This document shows positions 16,518 to 25,817 of a stretch of 32,000 bases of DNA, one piece after another. Each line of letters starts with the position of its first letter. Within the stretch, counting starts at the first letter, position 1. The stretch is from Methanothermobacter marburgensis str. Marburg (GTDB taxonomy: Archaea; Methanobacteriota; Methanobacteria; Methanobacteriales; Methanothermobacteraceae): positions 90,001 to 122,000 of the forward strand of contig NC_014408.1 in NCBI RefSeq assembly GCF_000145295.1, read 5' to 3'. The notes beneath the pieces are model-generated. The model ran no database searches, was not told the origin of the DNA, and saw only the letters and a list, made by a program, of their open reading frames with translations. The translations under genes were made by a program, and so were the position numbers.

Positions 16518-17528
16518 ATGGTGCTCATAGTTGAGATAATAAGGAAACACCTCCCACGGGTTATGAGGGTCCCGGCTGCGCGGATATTCCTTCTTGCAGC
16601 AGCTGTCATCGCCTACGGAACCCTAGGTTTCCACTTCATTGAGGGCGAATCATGGACGGTCTCATTCTACTGGACCTTTGTAACCATAGGGACCGTGGGT
16701 TATGGGGACTACAGCCCATCAACACCACTGGGGATGTACTTCACCGTGACCCTCATAGTCCTGGGTATAGGGACATTTGCCATTGCAGTTGAGACACTCC
16801 TTGAATTCCTGATAAAGAGACAGCAGATGAGGCTTATGGGGCTGATAGACGTGGTTAAATCAAAACATGTGGTTATATGCGGGTGGAGTGAGAGCACACT
16901 CGAGTGTCTGAGGGAGCTCGGTGGAAGCGAGGTCTTCGTGCTCGCTGAGGATGAGGGTGTCAGGAAGACGGTCATCAAGAATGGTGCTAACTTTGTGCAT
17001 GGAGACCCAACAAGGATATCTGACCTTGAAAAGGCCAATGTGAAGGGTGCACGGGCTGTTATAGTGGACATGGGGTCTGATTCAGAGACCATACACTGCA
17101 TACTGGGGATAAGGAAAATCGACTCAGGTGTGAGGATAATAGCCGAGGCCGAACGCTATGAGAACATCGAGCAGATACGGATGGCCGGCGCCGACCAGGT
17201 GATCTCGCCATTTGTTATATCGGGCAGGCTTATGTCAAAAAGCATCGACGATGGCTATGAAGCCATGTTTGTACAGGACGTCCTTGCAGAGGGATCCACA
17301 AGGAGGATGGTTGAAGTCCCGGTGCCCCCTGAAAGCCCCATTGAGGGCATTTCGGTCCTTGACGCGGACATCCATGAGAGGACTGGTGTGATAGTAATCG
17401 GCGTGGGTAGGGGCGATGAACTCATAATAGACCCACCCAGGGATTACGTATTCCAGAAGGGGGATATAATCCTGGGGATAGGGAAAAACCATGAGATAGA
17501 TCGCCTGATGGAATACATCGGGTCATAA
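16518..17528 (+). CDS. mthK: calcium-gated potassium channel MthK (2-TM pore + RCK domain)
   Basis: The sequence is nearly collinear with the published M. thermautotrophicus MthK as I remember it ([14 protein letters not shown]..., selectivity filter [27 protein letters not shown]). The Ca-ligand positions D184, E210 and E212 are conserved, as is the internal Met107. Confidence 0.95.
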   Translation: MVLIVEIIRKHLPRVMRVPAARIFLLAAAVIAYGTLGFHFIEGESWTVSFYWTFVTIGTVGYGDYSPSTPLGMYFTVTLIVLGIGTFAIAVETLLEFLIKRQQMRLMGLIDVVKSKHVVICGWSESTLECLRELGGSEVFVLAEDEGVRKTVIKNGANFVHGDPTRISDLEKANVKGARAVIVDMGSDSETIHCILGIRKIDSGVRIIAEAERYENIEQIRMAGADQVISPFVISGRLMSKSIDDGYEAMFVQDVLAEGSTRRMVEVPVPPESPIEGISVLDADIHERTGVIVIGVGRGDELIIDPPRDYVFQKGDIILGIGKNHEIDRLMEYIGS

Positions 17529-17536
17529 TCACGGAA

Positions 17537-18244
17537 TTACGGCCATATAACAGGTATCCGCCTTAGGGGCTCAACACGCACAGAATCGTCAAGAACAGTC
17601 CGGAAGGAATATGCTATCACATTCACACCTTTAGCATGGGCTTCTTTCAGTGCATATGAAAATTCAGGGTCCATTTCAATATTTGGTGAGAAATAACGTG
17701 AATTTTCACCAAAAACCAGGAAAAGGACGCTGCTTTTATAGCCAATGGAGAGCGCAGATGCAAGCTCCTCAAGATGCCTCCTACCCCTCACTGTGGGGGC
17801 ATCAGGGAAGAGTGCCACCTCACCATTTACAAGGGTACAGCCCTTAACCTCAACAAGCATTTCTTCAGTTCCTGATGAGAGAAGGAAGTCAATTCTGCTT
17901 TTTCCGAATCTGTACTCCCTTTTTTTCACCCTGAAACCACGGAATTCGTCAACAAGGCCTGATTCTATTATGCTGGCTGCGATGTCACTGTGGAAACCGG
18001 AATTCACAAGGACCCACTCATCCCCCCTTCTGAGCGCTATGACATCAAACTCGGTTTTCCTTTCTTTTCCAGTGGCTTTCCTAACTATAACATCATTTCC
18101 AGGTATAAGAAGCTCCTTTAGTCTACCTGGATCCTTAAGGTGGGCCAGCCTCCTTTCACCACCCACATCAACAACCATGGTGAACCTGTTGGGTCTTTCA
18201 AGGTATATTCCCATCAGAGGGTTATCTATGATCATGGTAACCAT
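17537..18244 (-). CDS. sfsA: sugar fermentation stimulation protein homolog SfsA
   Basis: 235 aa with an SfsA-like N-terminus (YLERPNRFTMVVDVGGERRLAHLKDPGRLKELL) and a C-terminal nuclease-like half (GKSRIDFLL...LVEVKGCTL...FPDAPTVRGRRHLEEL). ATG 18235 is an alternative start. Confidence 0.85.
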   Translation of the reverse strand: MVTMIIDNPLMGIYLERPNRFTMVVDVGGERRLAHLKDPGRLKELLIPGNDVIVRKATGKERKTEFDVIALRRGDEWVLVNSGFHSDIAASIIESGLVDEFRGFRVKKREYRFGKSRIDFLLSSGTEEMLVEVKGCTLVNGEVALFPDAPTVRGRRHLEELASALSIGYKSSVLFLVFGENSRYFSPNIEMDPEFSYALKEAHAKGVNVIAYSFRTVLDDSVRVEPLRRIPVIWP

Positions 18245-18271
18245 CCTTATATACTAATTTGACTTAAATGA

Positions 18272-18426
18272 ATATCAATCAGTCCATGGATATGAACTGT
18301 GGGGTGTGAGAACCCGCTGTGTTGATGGATATCAATCAGTCCATGGATATGAACTGTGGGGTGTGAGAACCCGCTGTGTTGATGGATATCAATCAGTCCA
18401 TGGATATGAACTATGAGGTGAGAGAA
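18272..18426. repeat. 57-bp tandem repeat, 2 identical copies plus a diverged 41-nt third copy
   Basis: ATATCAATCAGTCCATGGATATGAACTGTGGGGTGTGAGAACCCGCTGTGTTGATGG occurs at 18272-18328 and, identically, at 18329-18385. The third copy (from 18386) matches 27/27 nt, then 11/14, and then diverges into the cfbD SD and start. Confidence 0.95.
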
Positions 18427-18427
18427 T

Positions 18428-19507
18428 TTGCATCCAAGACCCAGCCCAATAGCAGCATCACTTTACACACTCAGAGACCTCGATGCTGACGTTATAATTC
18501 TCCATGGCCCCCATGGGTGCTGCTTCAGAACAGGAAGGCTCCTTGAAACCGACGGGGTCAGGGTGCTGACCACTGCAATGTCAGAGCAGGACTTCATATT
18601 CGGGGCCTCGGATAAACTGGCAGAGACACTCAGAAAGGCCAATGAAATGTTTTCACCTGAACTTGTGGGTGTTGTTGGAACCTGCGCCAGTATGATAATA
18701 GGCGAGGACCTCAGGGAGGCGGTCCAGAGGGCAGACATACCTGCAAGGGTTCTAACGGTTGAATCCCATGGGGGATTCGGTGAGGGTGACAACACCGAGG
18801 GGGCCATAATAGTCCTTGAGGCGGCTGCAGAGCAGGGAATAATCCCTCATGAGGAGGCCGAGAGGCAGATAGAGATGCTCAGACTTGCAACTGAGATTGA
18901 GAAGACAAGGGGAATGGCACAGGGCGACTACATACGCCCCTCATATGGTGATGATAAGGATGAGGTGGCATTAAGGGTCATTGAGGCCATAAAGGATGGT
19001 GAAAGAGTTGCATTTGTGCTTAACGCCAAGAAGGAGACATCATATCTCTTTGCAGATCCTCTGAAACTTCCATTTCACTCAGTAAACCCTGATAACCACC
19101 CTCTTATAATCGCGAATCTTGACAGGAACACGGGTCTTCCAAGGATACGCAGACATGCAGTGAACATACTTGCGGAAATAGAGGATGCAGGCAACCGTGT
19201 TGATTACATAACAGGGGGCCTCGACGAATACCCGGTAACGGGTGAAAGGGCAGCGGAGATACTGAGGGATGAGAAAATAGAATTTGCAGTTGTATCCGGT
19301 GTTCCCCATGCCCTGCCTGTTGAGGAACTGGAACTGGAATCCGTAGCCGTTACAGACGGGCCGAGGCTCGTGGAACCACTAAGAAAGCTAGGATACACCC
19401 ATGTGGTGGCTGAACTGGATGCACATGCAAGGACCCTGGGACAGAGCACTACCGTCGCATCAGACTTTGGAGATGCCCTGAGGCGAAACATTGAGAAGGT
19501 GATTTAA
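18428..19507 (+). CDS. cfbD: Ni-sirohydrochlorin a,c-diamide reductive cyclase subunit CfbD (nitrogenase NifD-like, NflD)
   Basis: The N-terminus [39 protein letters not shown] and the segment [13 protein letters not shown] match the NflD/CfbD family as I remember it, as does the size of about 360 aa. The TTG start at 18428 is forced by an in-frame TGA at 18419-18421. A GAGGTGAG SD lies 5 nt upstream. Confidence 0.75.
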   Translation: MHPRPSPIAASLYTLRDLDADVIILHGPHGCCFRTGRLLETDGVRVLTTAMSEQDFIFGASDKLAETLRKANEMFSPELVGVVGTCASMIIGEDLREAVQRADIPARVLTVESHGGFGEGDNTEGAIIVLEAAAEQGIIPHEEAERQIEMLRLATEIEKTRGMAQGDYIRPSYGDDKDEVALRVIEAIKDGERVAFVLNAKKETSYLFADPLKLPFHSVNPDNHPLIIANLDRNTGLPRIRRHAVNILAEIEDAGNRVDYITGGLDEYPVTGERAAEILRDEKIEFAVVSGVPHALPVEELELESVAVTDGPRLVEPLRKLGYTHVVAELDAHARTLGQSTTVASDFGDALRRNIEKVI

Positions 19508-20512
19508 TTGGCTGAAACCGTTGGAATGATACTCTGCGGAGGATTTGGAAAGAGACTGAGACCCTTAACCGAGAAGATACCCAAACCACTCATAGAAATA
19601 AAAGAGGGCTACACCATCCTGGATAAACAGCTCTTTGACCTCAAAAATGCAGGTATAAAGAAGACCTACCTCCTCACAGGGTTCCTTGGAGATAAGATAG
19701 AGGAGAGGTATGGTGATGAGTACAAGGGCCTTAAACTGGAATATGTGAGGGAGGAGAAACCCCTGGGAACACTCAACGCAATAAGGATTGGTATGGAGGC
19801 CATAGATGGAGATAAACAGTGCATAATACGTAACGGGGATGTGGTGGCAGACCTGAACATAAGGAAGATGATACACCTTGGGGAGATGTCCGATTACCCC
19901 CTCACTATCTTCATAACCAAGATGCAGTCACCCTATGGTATAGTGGAACTCAGCGGGGACAAGATAATCAGCTTCAGGGAAAAACCCCTCCTTGACTATT
20001 ACATAAATGCAGGTGTGTACTTCTCCAAGGGGCAGCTGGACTTCGGGGACTTCGAGTCAGGTGATATTGAGAAAACACTCTTCCCGCTCATGGCCAGTGA
20101 AAACAAACTCGGCTACTACCGGGAGGACGGCCTCTTCTGGATGGCAATAGACACATCCAAGGAGCTGGAGGAGATACGCAAGGAGTACCGCAACAGGGAG
20201 GACAAGCCCTGGGGCTATGAGAAGGTACTCATAAACACGGAGAAGTACCTCACAAAGGAGTTATTTATAAGGGAGGGCTACAGGACATCCTTCCACTACC
20301 ATGAGAAGAAGGATGAGACCATGTACATAATATCTGGCTCAGGGTACATCGAATTCCAGGACAGGAAGGAGTACTTCAGCAAGAACGACACCATCAGAAT
20401 TGAGCCCGGTGAGAGGCATTCAATCGTGGCAATGGAGAACACGGTACTCCATGAGGTATCAACGCCACACCTTGATGACACCGTCAGGGTGAAGGACTAC
20501 TATACCAGGTGA
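19508..20512 (+). CDS. sugar-phosphate nucleotidyltransferase with C-terminal cupin (mannose-6-P isomerase type II-like) domain
   Basis: N-terminal [20 protein letters not shown] (the NTP-transferase G-x-G-x-R-L motif). The C-terminal part has KPWGYE...[18 protein letters not shown]...IEPGERHSI (cupin His/Glu motifs). The TTG start has GGTGAT 4 nt upstream and sits immediately after the cfbD stop. Confidence 0.8.
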   Translation: MAETVGMILCGGFGKRLRPLTEKIPKPLIEIKEGYTILDKQLFDLKNAGIKKTYLLTGFLGDKIEERYGDEYKGLKLEYVREEKPLGTLNAIRIGMEAIDGDKQCIIRNGDVVADLNIRKMIHLGEMSDYPLTIFITKMQSPYGIVELSGDKIISFREKPLLDYYINAGVYFSKGQLDFGDFESGDIEKTLFPLMASENKLGYYREDGLFWMAIDTSKELEEIRKEYRNREDKPWGYEKVLINTEKYLTKELFIREGYRTSFHYHEKKDETMYIISGSGYIEFQDRKEYFSKNDTIRIEPGERHSIVAMENTVLHEVSTPHLDDTVRVKDYYTR

Positions 20513-20516
20513 TCCA

Positions 20517-21113
20517 TTGATAGCCATCATAGATTATGGGAGCGGGAACCTCCGGAGCATTTCCAACGCCTTCAGGAAGATAGGGGCCGATGTTCAGGTA
20601 ACATCAAGTCCAGAATCCATCAATGACTCAGACGCCTTTGTGCTTCCAGGGGTGGGGGCCTTTGGAAGTGCAATGGATAAACTTGAGAATTTAAGGGACC
20701 CAATAATCAGGAACATAGAGGATGGTAAACCCTTCCTGGGCATATGCCTGGGACTCCAGGTCCTCCTATCTGAGAGTCAGGAATCACCGGGTGTCAGGGG
20801 ACTTGATGTGATACCCGGCAGGGTGGTGAGGATACCACCTGGAAATAAGGTGCCACATATGGGCTGGAACCAGCTGGTTTCCAGGAGGGACTCCCCACTC
20901 CTTGAAGGCGTGGAGGATGAGTACTTCTACTTTGTCCACTCATACCATGCAGAACCGGCAGACGACGTTGTGGCGGCAACAACCGAGTATGGTATTGAGA
21001 TGACAGCGGCCATTGAGGCAGATAACGTATATGCAACCCAGTTCCACCCTGAAAAGAGCGGTGAGGCGGGACTGGATATCCTGAGAAACTTCAGGGAAAT
21101 AATCAGGGGGTAA
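20517..21113 (+). CDS. hisH: imidazole glycerol phosphate synthase, glutamine amidotransferase subunit HisH
   Basis: IIDYGSGNLRS, the nucleophile Cys in GICLGLQ, PHMGWN, FYFVHSY, and the His/Glu of the triad in FHPEKS. The TTG start has an AGGTGATCC SD 3 nt upstream. Confidence 0.9.
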   Translation: MIAIIDYGSGNLRSISNAFRKIGADVQVTSSPESINDSDAFVLPGVGAFGSAMDKLENLRDPIIRNIEDGKPFLGICLGLQVLLSESQESPGVRGLDVIPGRVVRIPPGNKVPHMGWNQLVSRRDSPLLEGVEDEYFYFVHSYHAEPADDVVAATTEYGIEMTAAIEADNVYATQFHPEKSGEAGLDILRNFREIIRG

Positions 21114-21119
21114 ATTTTA

Positions 21120-22475
21120 ATGGACATAGAGGGATTTGTAAGGCGCAACATAGACCACATGGACGAGGAATCCCTGCGAAGCATCTTGGCGGATCGTATA
21201 CGGGAATTCAAGGATATAGACACCGAGAGGTCCCTGAGGATGGCTGATGCGGTGATATATGAGGTGAGAAATACACTGGGGACGGATGGCTTGGATGATG
21301 GATTGCGGGAGATAATATCATATCCCCTCGCCGGTGTTGGAATGGGCGAGATGGGTGTGGGATCCCGGGGAGAGGGGGACTTCTTTGTCCACAGGAAAAT
21401 CGCTGATATAGTATCAAGCACAGAAACCGGGGCATTCATAAATCCCGAGGCCCAGGATGATGGCGGTGTTGTAAGGACAGACACCGATAAGGGGGAGGTC
21501 TACATAACAACCGCCGTTGATGGCATCCACTCCAGGCTCAGCGAGTACCCCTTCCTGGGGGGCTTCCATGTTACAAGGGCCGCCCTGAGGGATGTCTGCG
21601 TCATGGGATCCAGGCCAGTTGCACTCATAAGCGACCTGCACCTAGCAGATGATGGGGATGTTGGCAAACTCTTTGACTTCACAGCGGGTGTAGCGGCGGT
21701 CTCTGAACTGGTTGATGTACCTGTGGTTGCAGGGAGCACATTGAGGGTTGGTGGTGACATGGTCCTCGGTGACAGGCTCGTGAGTGCGGTGGGTGCCATT
21801 GGAGTTTCAGGGACACCCCCAACGGCTAGGAAGAGGGCCGAGCCAGGTGACGTTGTACTCCTTACAGAAGGCTCAGGAGGGGGTACCATCACAACAGCTG
21901 CCATCTACCATGGACTCTTTGATGTTGTATGGGAGACCCTTGATGTGAACTTCATAAGGGCATCCGGGGCCATAATGGAGGCAGGGCTCCTTGAGGTGAT
22001 CCATGCAATGACCGATGTCACAAATGGCGGGCTCAGGGGCGATGCCCATGAGATATCATCAACCACCGGAGTGGGCCTTGAATTCGATGCCGAGGCTGTG
22101 AGGTCAATGGTAAACCCAAGGGTACTTGAAATGCTTGAGGATCTTGAAATTGACCCCCTGGGGGTGTCAATTGACTCCCTCATGATAATAGCACCTGAAG
22201 ATGTCTCCAAGGATATCATAAGGGCAGTTGAAGGTGCAGGTGTCCCCATAGCCGAGGTGGGAAGGGTCACCGATTCAGGTGTTCCCCTCCTCATAGGGGA
22301 TGGTGTGATGAAGGAGCTCAGACCCCTCTTCCGTGAGGCCGCCTACACACAGATAAAGAAGATGGTTGGTGACGAAACACCCCAGGACTTTGATGAGATG
22401 AAGAGGAAGGTTGAGGAGGCCGCAAGGAGGGCCATAGAGAAGAAGGACATGGTCGTTAAACTCATAGGGAAGTGA
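21120..22475 (+). CDS. AIR synthase-related protein (PurM/PurL/ThiL/HypE/SelD superfamily, function unknown)
   Basis: 451 aa with PurM-type N-domain motifs (DDGGVV, TTAVDGIHS..., ALRDVCVMGSRPVAL) and a C-domain (PGDVVLLTEGSGGG, AMTDVTNGGLRGD). It also carries an extra N-terminal region of about 100 aa and a charged C-terminal tail of about 45 aa. Confidence 0.8.
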   Translation: MDIEGFVRRNIDHMDEESLRSILADRIREFKDIDTERSLRMADAVIYEVRNTLGTDGLDDGLREIISYPLAGVGMGEMGVGSRGEGDFFVHRKIADIVSSTETGAFINPEAQDDGGVVRTDTDKGEVYITTAVDGIHSRLSEYPFLGGFHVTRAALRDVCVMGSRPVALISDLHLADDGDVGKLFDFTAGVAAVSELVDVPVVAGSTLRVGGDMVLGDRLVSAVGAIGVSGTPPTARKRAEPGDVVLLTEGSGGGTITTAAIYHGLFDVVWETLDVNFIRASGAIMEAGLLEVIHAMTDVTNGGLRGDAHEISSTTGVGLEFDAEAVRSMVNPRVLEMLEDLEIDPLGVSIDSLMIIAPEDVSKDIIRAVEGAGVPIAEVGRVTDSGVPLLIGDGVMKELRPLFREAAYTQIKKMVGDETPQDFDEMKRKVEEAARRAIEKKDMVVKLIGK

Positions 22476-22486
22476 ATGGTGTCCAT

Positions 22487-22864
22487 ATGGATGATGGGGG
22501 CTACATATCAACCCTGGACGCGGTCCTTGGACTTGCAGTGGTCTTCATACTGACGGCATCAGTTCTTAACACAGGCACAGCTCCTGTGGATGACACCCTG
22601 GAAGCTTCAGATGTCCTTGATGCAATGGCATCATACCCTGCAGATAAACCGCTGCTTGAGGAACTTGCAGAGTCCCCTAATTCCACACTGGCATCAGGGT
22701 TCCTCAACGGGACCCTTGAGGGGATGAACTACAATCTGACCATGGATAATGGTTCAGGAGAGGTTACAGTTGCCTCCCGCGGTTCAATGGGGGATGCAGA
22801 AGACATAGGTACCGCTGTGGCCTGCCGGGGCACTGTGATCTTCAGGCTTTATGTGTGGAGATGA
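22487..22864 (+). CDS. small secreted/membrane protein with pilin-like N-terminal hydrophobic segment (125 aa)
   Basis: MDDGGYISTLDAVLGLAVVFILTASVL is followed by a Ser/Thr/Asp-rich soluble part ending in a beta-strand-like VIFRLYVWR. ATG 22487 has TGGTGT 4 nt upstream. The ORF-track GTG 22472 overlaps the upstream stop. Confidence 0.5.
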   Translation: MDDGGYISTLDAVLGLAVVFILTASVLNTGTAPVDDTLEASDVLDAMASYPADKPLLEELAESPNSTLASGFLNGTLEGMNYNLTMDNGSGEVTVASRGSMGDAEDIGTAVACRGTVIFRLYVWR

Positions 22865-22922
22865 CTGCTGGCATGGAAAAATATTAATAGTTGATTGCCC
22901 AATCTTTTATTGATCTCATTTT

Positions 22923-22994
22923 GCCCTGATAGTGTAGCGGATATCACGTAGGACTGCGGATCCTATTACCCGGGTTCAAGTCCCGGTCAGGGCA
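22923..22994 (+). tRNA. tRNA-Arg (anticodon GCG)
   Basis: Manual cloverleaf:
- Acceptor: GCCCTGA pairs with TCAGGGC, with discriminator A.
- D arm: GTGT...
- Anticodon arm: stem TAGGA/TCCTA with loop CTGCGGA (anticodon GCG).
- T arm: CCGGG-TTCAAGT-CCCGG.
- No encoded CCA. Confidence 0.9.
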
Positions 22995-23162
22995 TCCATT
23001 TTCAGTTTTGAAGGGATTTAGGGGCCTTCAAATATTTCTCATCATGTCATGATGGTTCACTGACACTTTAACTGCAGTATGACTTCCCCATGATTCAGCA
23101 TCATGAACACATTAAAACTTTATCCAATGCACTCCAATCTAATAACTGGAGGTGTGCTTGTC

Positions 23163-24512
23163 ATGGGGAACTACTTCAACCCTGAAATAGAGACCATGGA
23201 ACGGGAGGACCTGGACGCCCTCGTGGAGGAGAGGATAAGGTATACCGTGAGCTATGCCTACGAGAACTCCCCATTCTACAGTAAATGGTTCAGGAAAAAC
23301 GGTATCAGGCCCTCAGACATAAGGAGCCATGAGGACCTCAGGGAGCTCCCGATAATAACCGGTGAAACCGTTAGGGAAAACCAGCCCCCTGAAAGGGATG
23401 ACTTCGAATTCAGATGCGCCCCATTGGAGGACATATACACCATACATGAGACCAGCGGTACAAGCGGAAGGCCGAAGTCATTTTTCCTCACATGGGGGGA
23501 CTGGCAGAGGTACGCCGAGAAGTACGCAAGGTCATTCGTGTCCCAGGGATTTGAGAGGGGTGACAGGGTGGTTGTATGTGCCTCCTATGGCATGAATGTG
23601 GGTGCAAATACCATGACCCTGGCAGCACAGAAGATAGGGATGACCATAATCCCTGAGGGCAAATGCACCTTTCCTGTGAGGATAATAGAGAGCTACCGTC
23701 CCACAGGTATAGTTGCAAGCATATTCAAACTGCTGAGGCTCGCGAGGCGCATGAAGGAACAGGGCCTTGATCCCAGGGAGTCAAGTATAAGGAGACTGGT
23801 TGCAGGCGGCGAAAGCTTCGCACCCGAATCAAGGGAGTACGTGGAGGAAGTATGGGGCGTTGAAGTCTACAACACCTATGGAAGCACCGAGGGAACCATG
23901 TGCGGAGAATGCCACATCAAGGAGGGCCTGCATGTCCCTGAGGACCTGGTGCACCTGGACGTCTATGATCCAGCCATGAGGGACTTTGTTGATGATGGGG
24001 AGTGCGGCAGAATAGTCCTCACAACCCTTCTTCCTGTCGGTGAGAAAACGGGGACCCTCCTCCTCAACTATGACACCGAGGACACCACGGTTGTAATCTC
24101 AAGGGATAGGTGCAAATGTGGAAGGACCCATATGAGGATAATGAACCCTGAAAGGGAGGCCGAGACCTTCTGGGTGGCAGGGCACCCCTTCAACAGGGTC
24201 GATGTTGAGGCAGCGGTGTTCCAGAGGGAGAATATGGATTATCTAACAGGTGAATACGAGGCCTTCCTCTATGGCGATGAGGATGAGGGGCCAATAACAA
24301 TGAGGGTGTCACTGGAGTGTGAGGACCCTGAAAACTGTGCCATGGATATAGTAAGGGAGAACTTTATAAGGGCCTTCTTCAAATATAAGAGAGAACTCTA
24401 CGAGGCATATACAGAGGGCATTTTTGAGATACTGTTCAACTTCACAGGTCCCGGGGAGCTTGAATTCTACAGGGTCAAGGGAAGACCAAAACGCATAGTT
24501 GATAGAAGATAA
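23163..24512 (+). CDS. phenylacetate-CoA ligase (PaaK) family adenylate-forming enzyme, coenzyme F390 synthetase-like
   Basis: The N-terminus [26 protein letters not shown] is typical of PaaK/FtsA(F390). The AMP-binding loop is [11 protein letters not shown], followed by YGSTEG. Start is moved to ATG 23163 (GGAGGTG SD upstream) from the ORF-track 23103. Confidence 0.85.
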   Translation: MGNYFNPEIETMEREDLDALVEERIRYTVSYAYENSPFYSKWFRKNGIRPSDIRSHEDLRELPIITGETVRENQPPERDDFEFRCAPLEDIYTIHETSGTSGRPKSFFLTWGDWQRYAEKYARSFVSQGFERGDRVVVCASYGMNVGANTMTLAAQKIGMTIIPEGKCTFPVRIIESYRPTGIVASIFKLLRLARRMKEQGLDPRESSIRRLVAGGESFAPESREYVEEVWGVEVYNTYGSTEGTMCGECHIKEGLHVPEDLVHLDVYDPAMRDFVDDGECGRIVLTTLLPVGEKTGTLLLNYDTEDTTVVISRDRCKCGRTHMRIMNPEREAETFWVAGHPFNRVDVEAAVFQRENMDYLTGEYEAFLYGDEDEGPITMRVSLECEDPENCAMDIVRENFIRAFFKYKRELYEAYTEGIFEILFNFTGPGELEFYRVKGRPKRIVDRR

Positions 24513-24556
24513 CGCTGGATAGAATTCAATTTCAGCCTAGGCTTTGGGGTACAATC

Positions 24557-25804
24557 ATGCTTAACGCAGAAACCTACGTCACATCAACAGAGGGGATCGG
24601 TGGAAGGATCCGGGTGCATAACAGGGACTTCCAGGTTGAGGAATTACCGCTCATGGAGCCAAGCGGAAGCGGGCCCAACACCTGGATATGGATGGAGAAG
24701 GAGGACAGAACAACCCTGGACGTCCTTCTGGACATTGCAAGGGAACTGCACCTGGACCGAAGGAGAATGGGATTCGCAGGGATGAAGGACAGGAACGCGG
24801 TAACCAGGCAGTGGATATGCGTCAGCAACACAGACCCCGAGGACGTTAAGGGAATAGAGGATAGAATAAGGAATGTCAGATTCCTCAAGGTCACATCCAA
24901 TGAAAAAAAGCTCAGAATGGGCCAGCTAAGGGGTAACAGATTCAGGATTCTCATAAGGGGCCCTGAAGCTGATGACCCCCTTGAGAAGACCCGGGAGACC
25001 CTGGCTGAGCTTCAGGAGAAGGGTGTTCCAAATTACTATGGATGGCAGCGATTCGGAAGCCCCAGGGCAATCACACACCTCGTTGGCAGGGCACTGGTGC
25101 ATGGTGATGTGAAGGGTGCGGTGGACACCTACATTGGAAACCCAATTGAGGGGGAATCCGAGCTTGTATCCCGGGCGAGACGGGCATATGATATGGGGGA
25201 CCTTGAGGGTGCATATGAACTCATGCCGGCCTCCCTCAGGTATGAGAGGATGATGCTCAGGGTTCTCATCAGGGATCTCGGAAAGGGAGAACTCTCTGAA
25301 AAGTCCTATATAACCGCGGTACATGCACTTCCAAAGCCCCTCAAGAGGATGTTTGTCCATGCATACCAGTCCTACCTATTCAACAGGGTGGTCAGTGAGA
25401 GGGCGGCTCTTGGCATAAACAGCTACCTTGAGGGTGACATCATCATAGACAATGAGCAGCACATAATCCATGACCCGGATCCACGGGAGGTGGAGGAGAT
25501 GATCATCAACTTTGAGGCACACCCAACAGCGCCACTCTACGGTAGCAAGGTGCCACTGGCAGATGGAAAACCCGGTGAGATCGAGAGGAGGATACTGGAG
25601 GAGGAGGGTGTTTCACTCCCTGACTTCAACTCCATAGAGGTCCCTAAGCTTGGGAGTCATGGCATGAGGAGGGCCATAAGGTTCAGGATATGGGATGTTT
25701 CGGCCGCCCTAAACCCTGAGGGAATCAAAGTGGAGTTTTCAATACCGAAGGGATGCTATGCAACCTCTGTTTTAAGGGAGATAATGAAGAAGGACGTTGC
25801 CTGA
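24557..25804 (+). CDS. truD: tRNA pseudouridine synthase D (TruD/Pus7-type)
   Basis: [17 protein letters not shown], the catalytic-Asp motif [21 protein letters not shown], and [11 protein letters not shown]. Confidence 0.9.
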   Translation: MLNAETYVTSTEGIGGRIRVHNRDFQVEELPLMEPSGSGPNTWIWMEKEDRTTLDVLLDIARELHLDRRRMGFAGMKDRNAVTRQWICVSNTDPEDVKGIEDRIRNVRFLKVTSNEKKLRMGQLRGNRFRILIRGPEADDPLEKTRETLAELQEKGVPNYYGWQRFGSPRAITHLVGRALVHGDVKGAVDTYIGNPIEGESELVSRARRAYDMGDLEGAYELMPASLRYERMMLRVLIRDLGKGELSEKSYITAVHALPKPLKRMFVHAYQSYLFNRVVSERAALGINSYLEGDIIIDNEQHIIHDPDPREVEEMIINFEAHPTAPLYGSKVPLADGKPGEIERRILEEEGVSLPDFNSIEVPKLGSHGMRRAIRFRIWDVSAALNPEGIKVEFSIPKGCYATSVLREIMKKDVA

Positions 25805-25817
25805 AGTGTTAGATCTT

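Noticed and set aside
16182-16550. 122-aa minus-strand ORF overlapping the poly-Asp gene and the mthK start
   Set aside because: Its poly-Ser run is simply the antisense reading of the GAT/GAC repeat. It has no SD and would run through the mthK start. The + strand ORF has a perfect SD and a coherent signal/TM architecture.
17745-18257. 170-aa + strand ORF opposite sfsA
   Set aside because: It is antisense to a clear SfsA homolog. The translation is Ser/Leu/Pro-rich, and it would read into the sfsA promoter region.
18272-18426. Could the 57-bp repeats be a mini CRISPR array?
   Set aside because: The units are directly abutting, with no unique spacers. The unit length is atypical for a repeat-plus-spacer, there are no cas genes nearby, and the third copy merges into a gene start.
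20927-22294. Chain of minus-strand ORFs (185, 134 and 129 aa) opposite hisH and the PurM-like gene
   Set aside because: These are shadow ORFs of GC-rich codon-biased genes. Their translations are Ser/Pro/Thr-rich and featureless.
22923-23162. Integrated element at tRNA-Arg
   Set aside because: No integrase is present. I could find no direct repeat of the tRNA 3' end downstream. The flanking genes are ordinary housekeeping genes with uniform composition.
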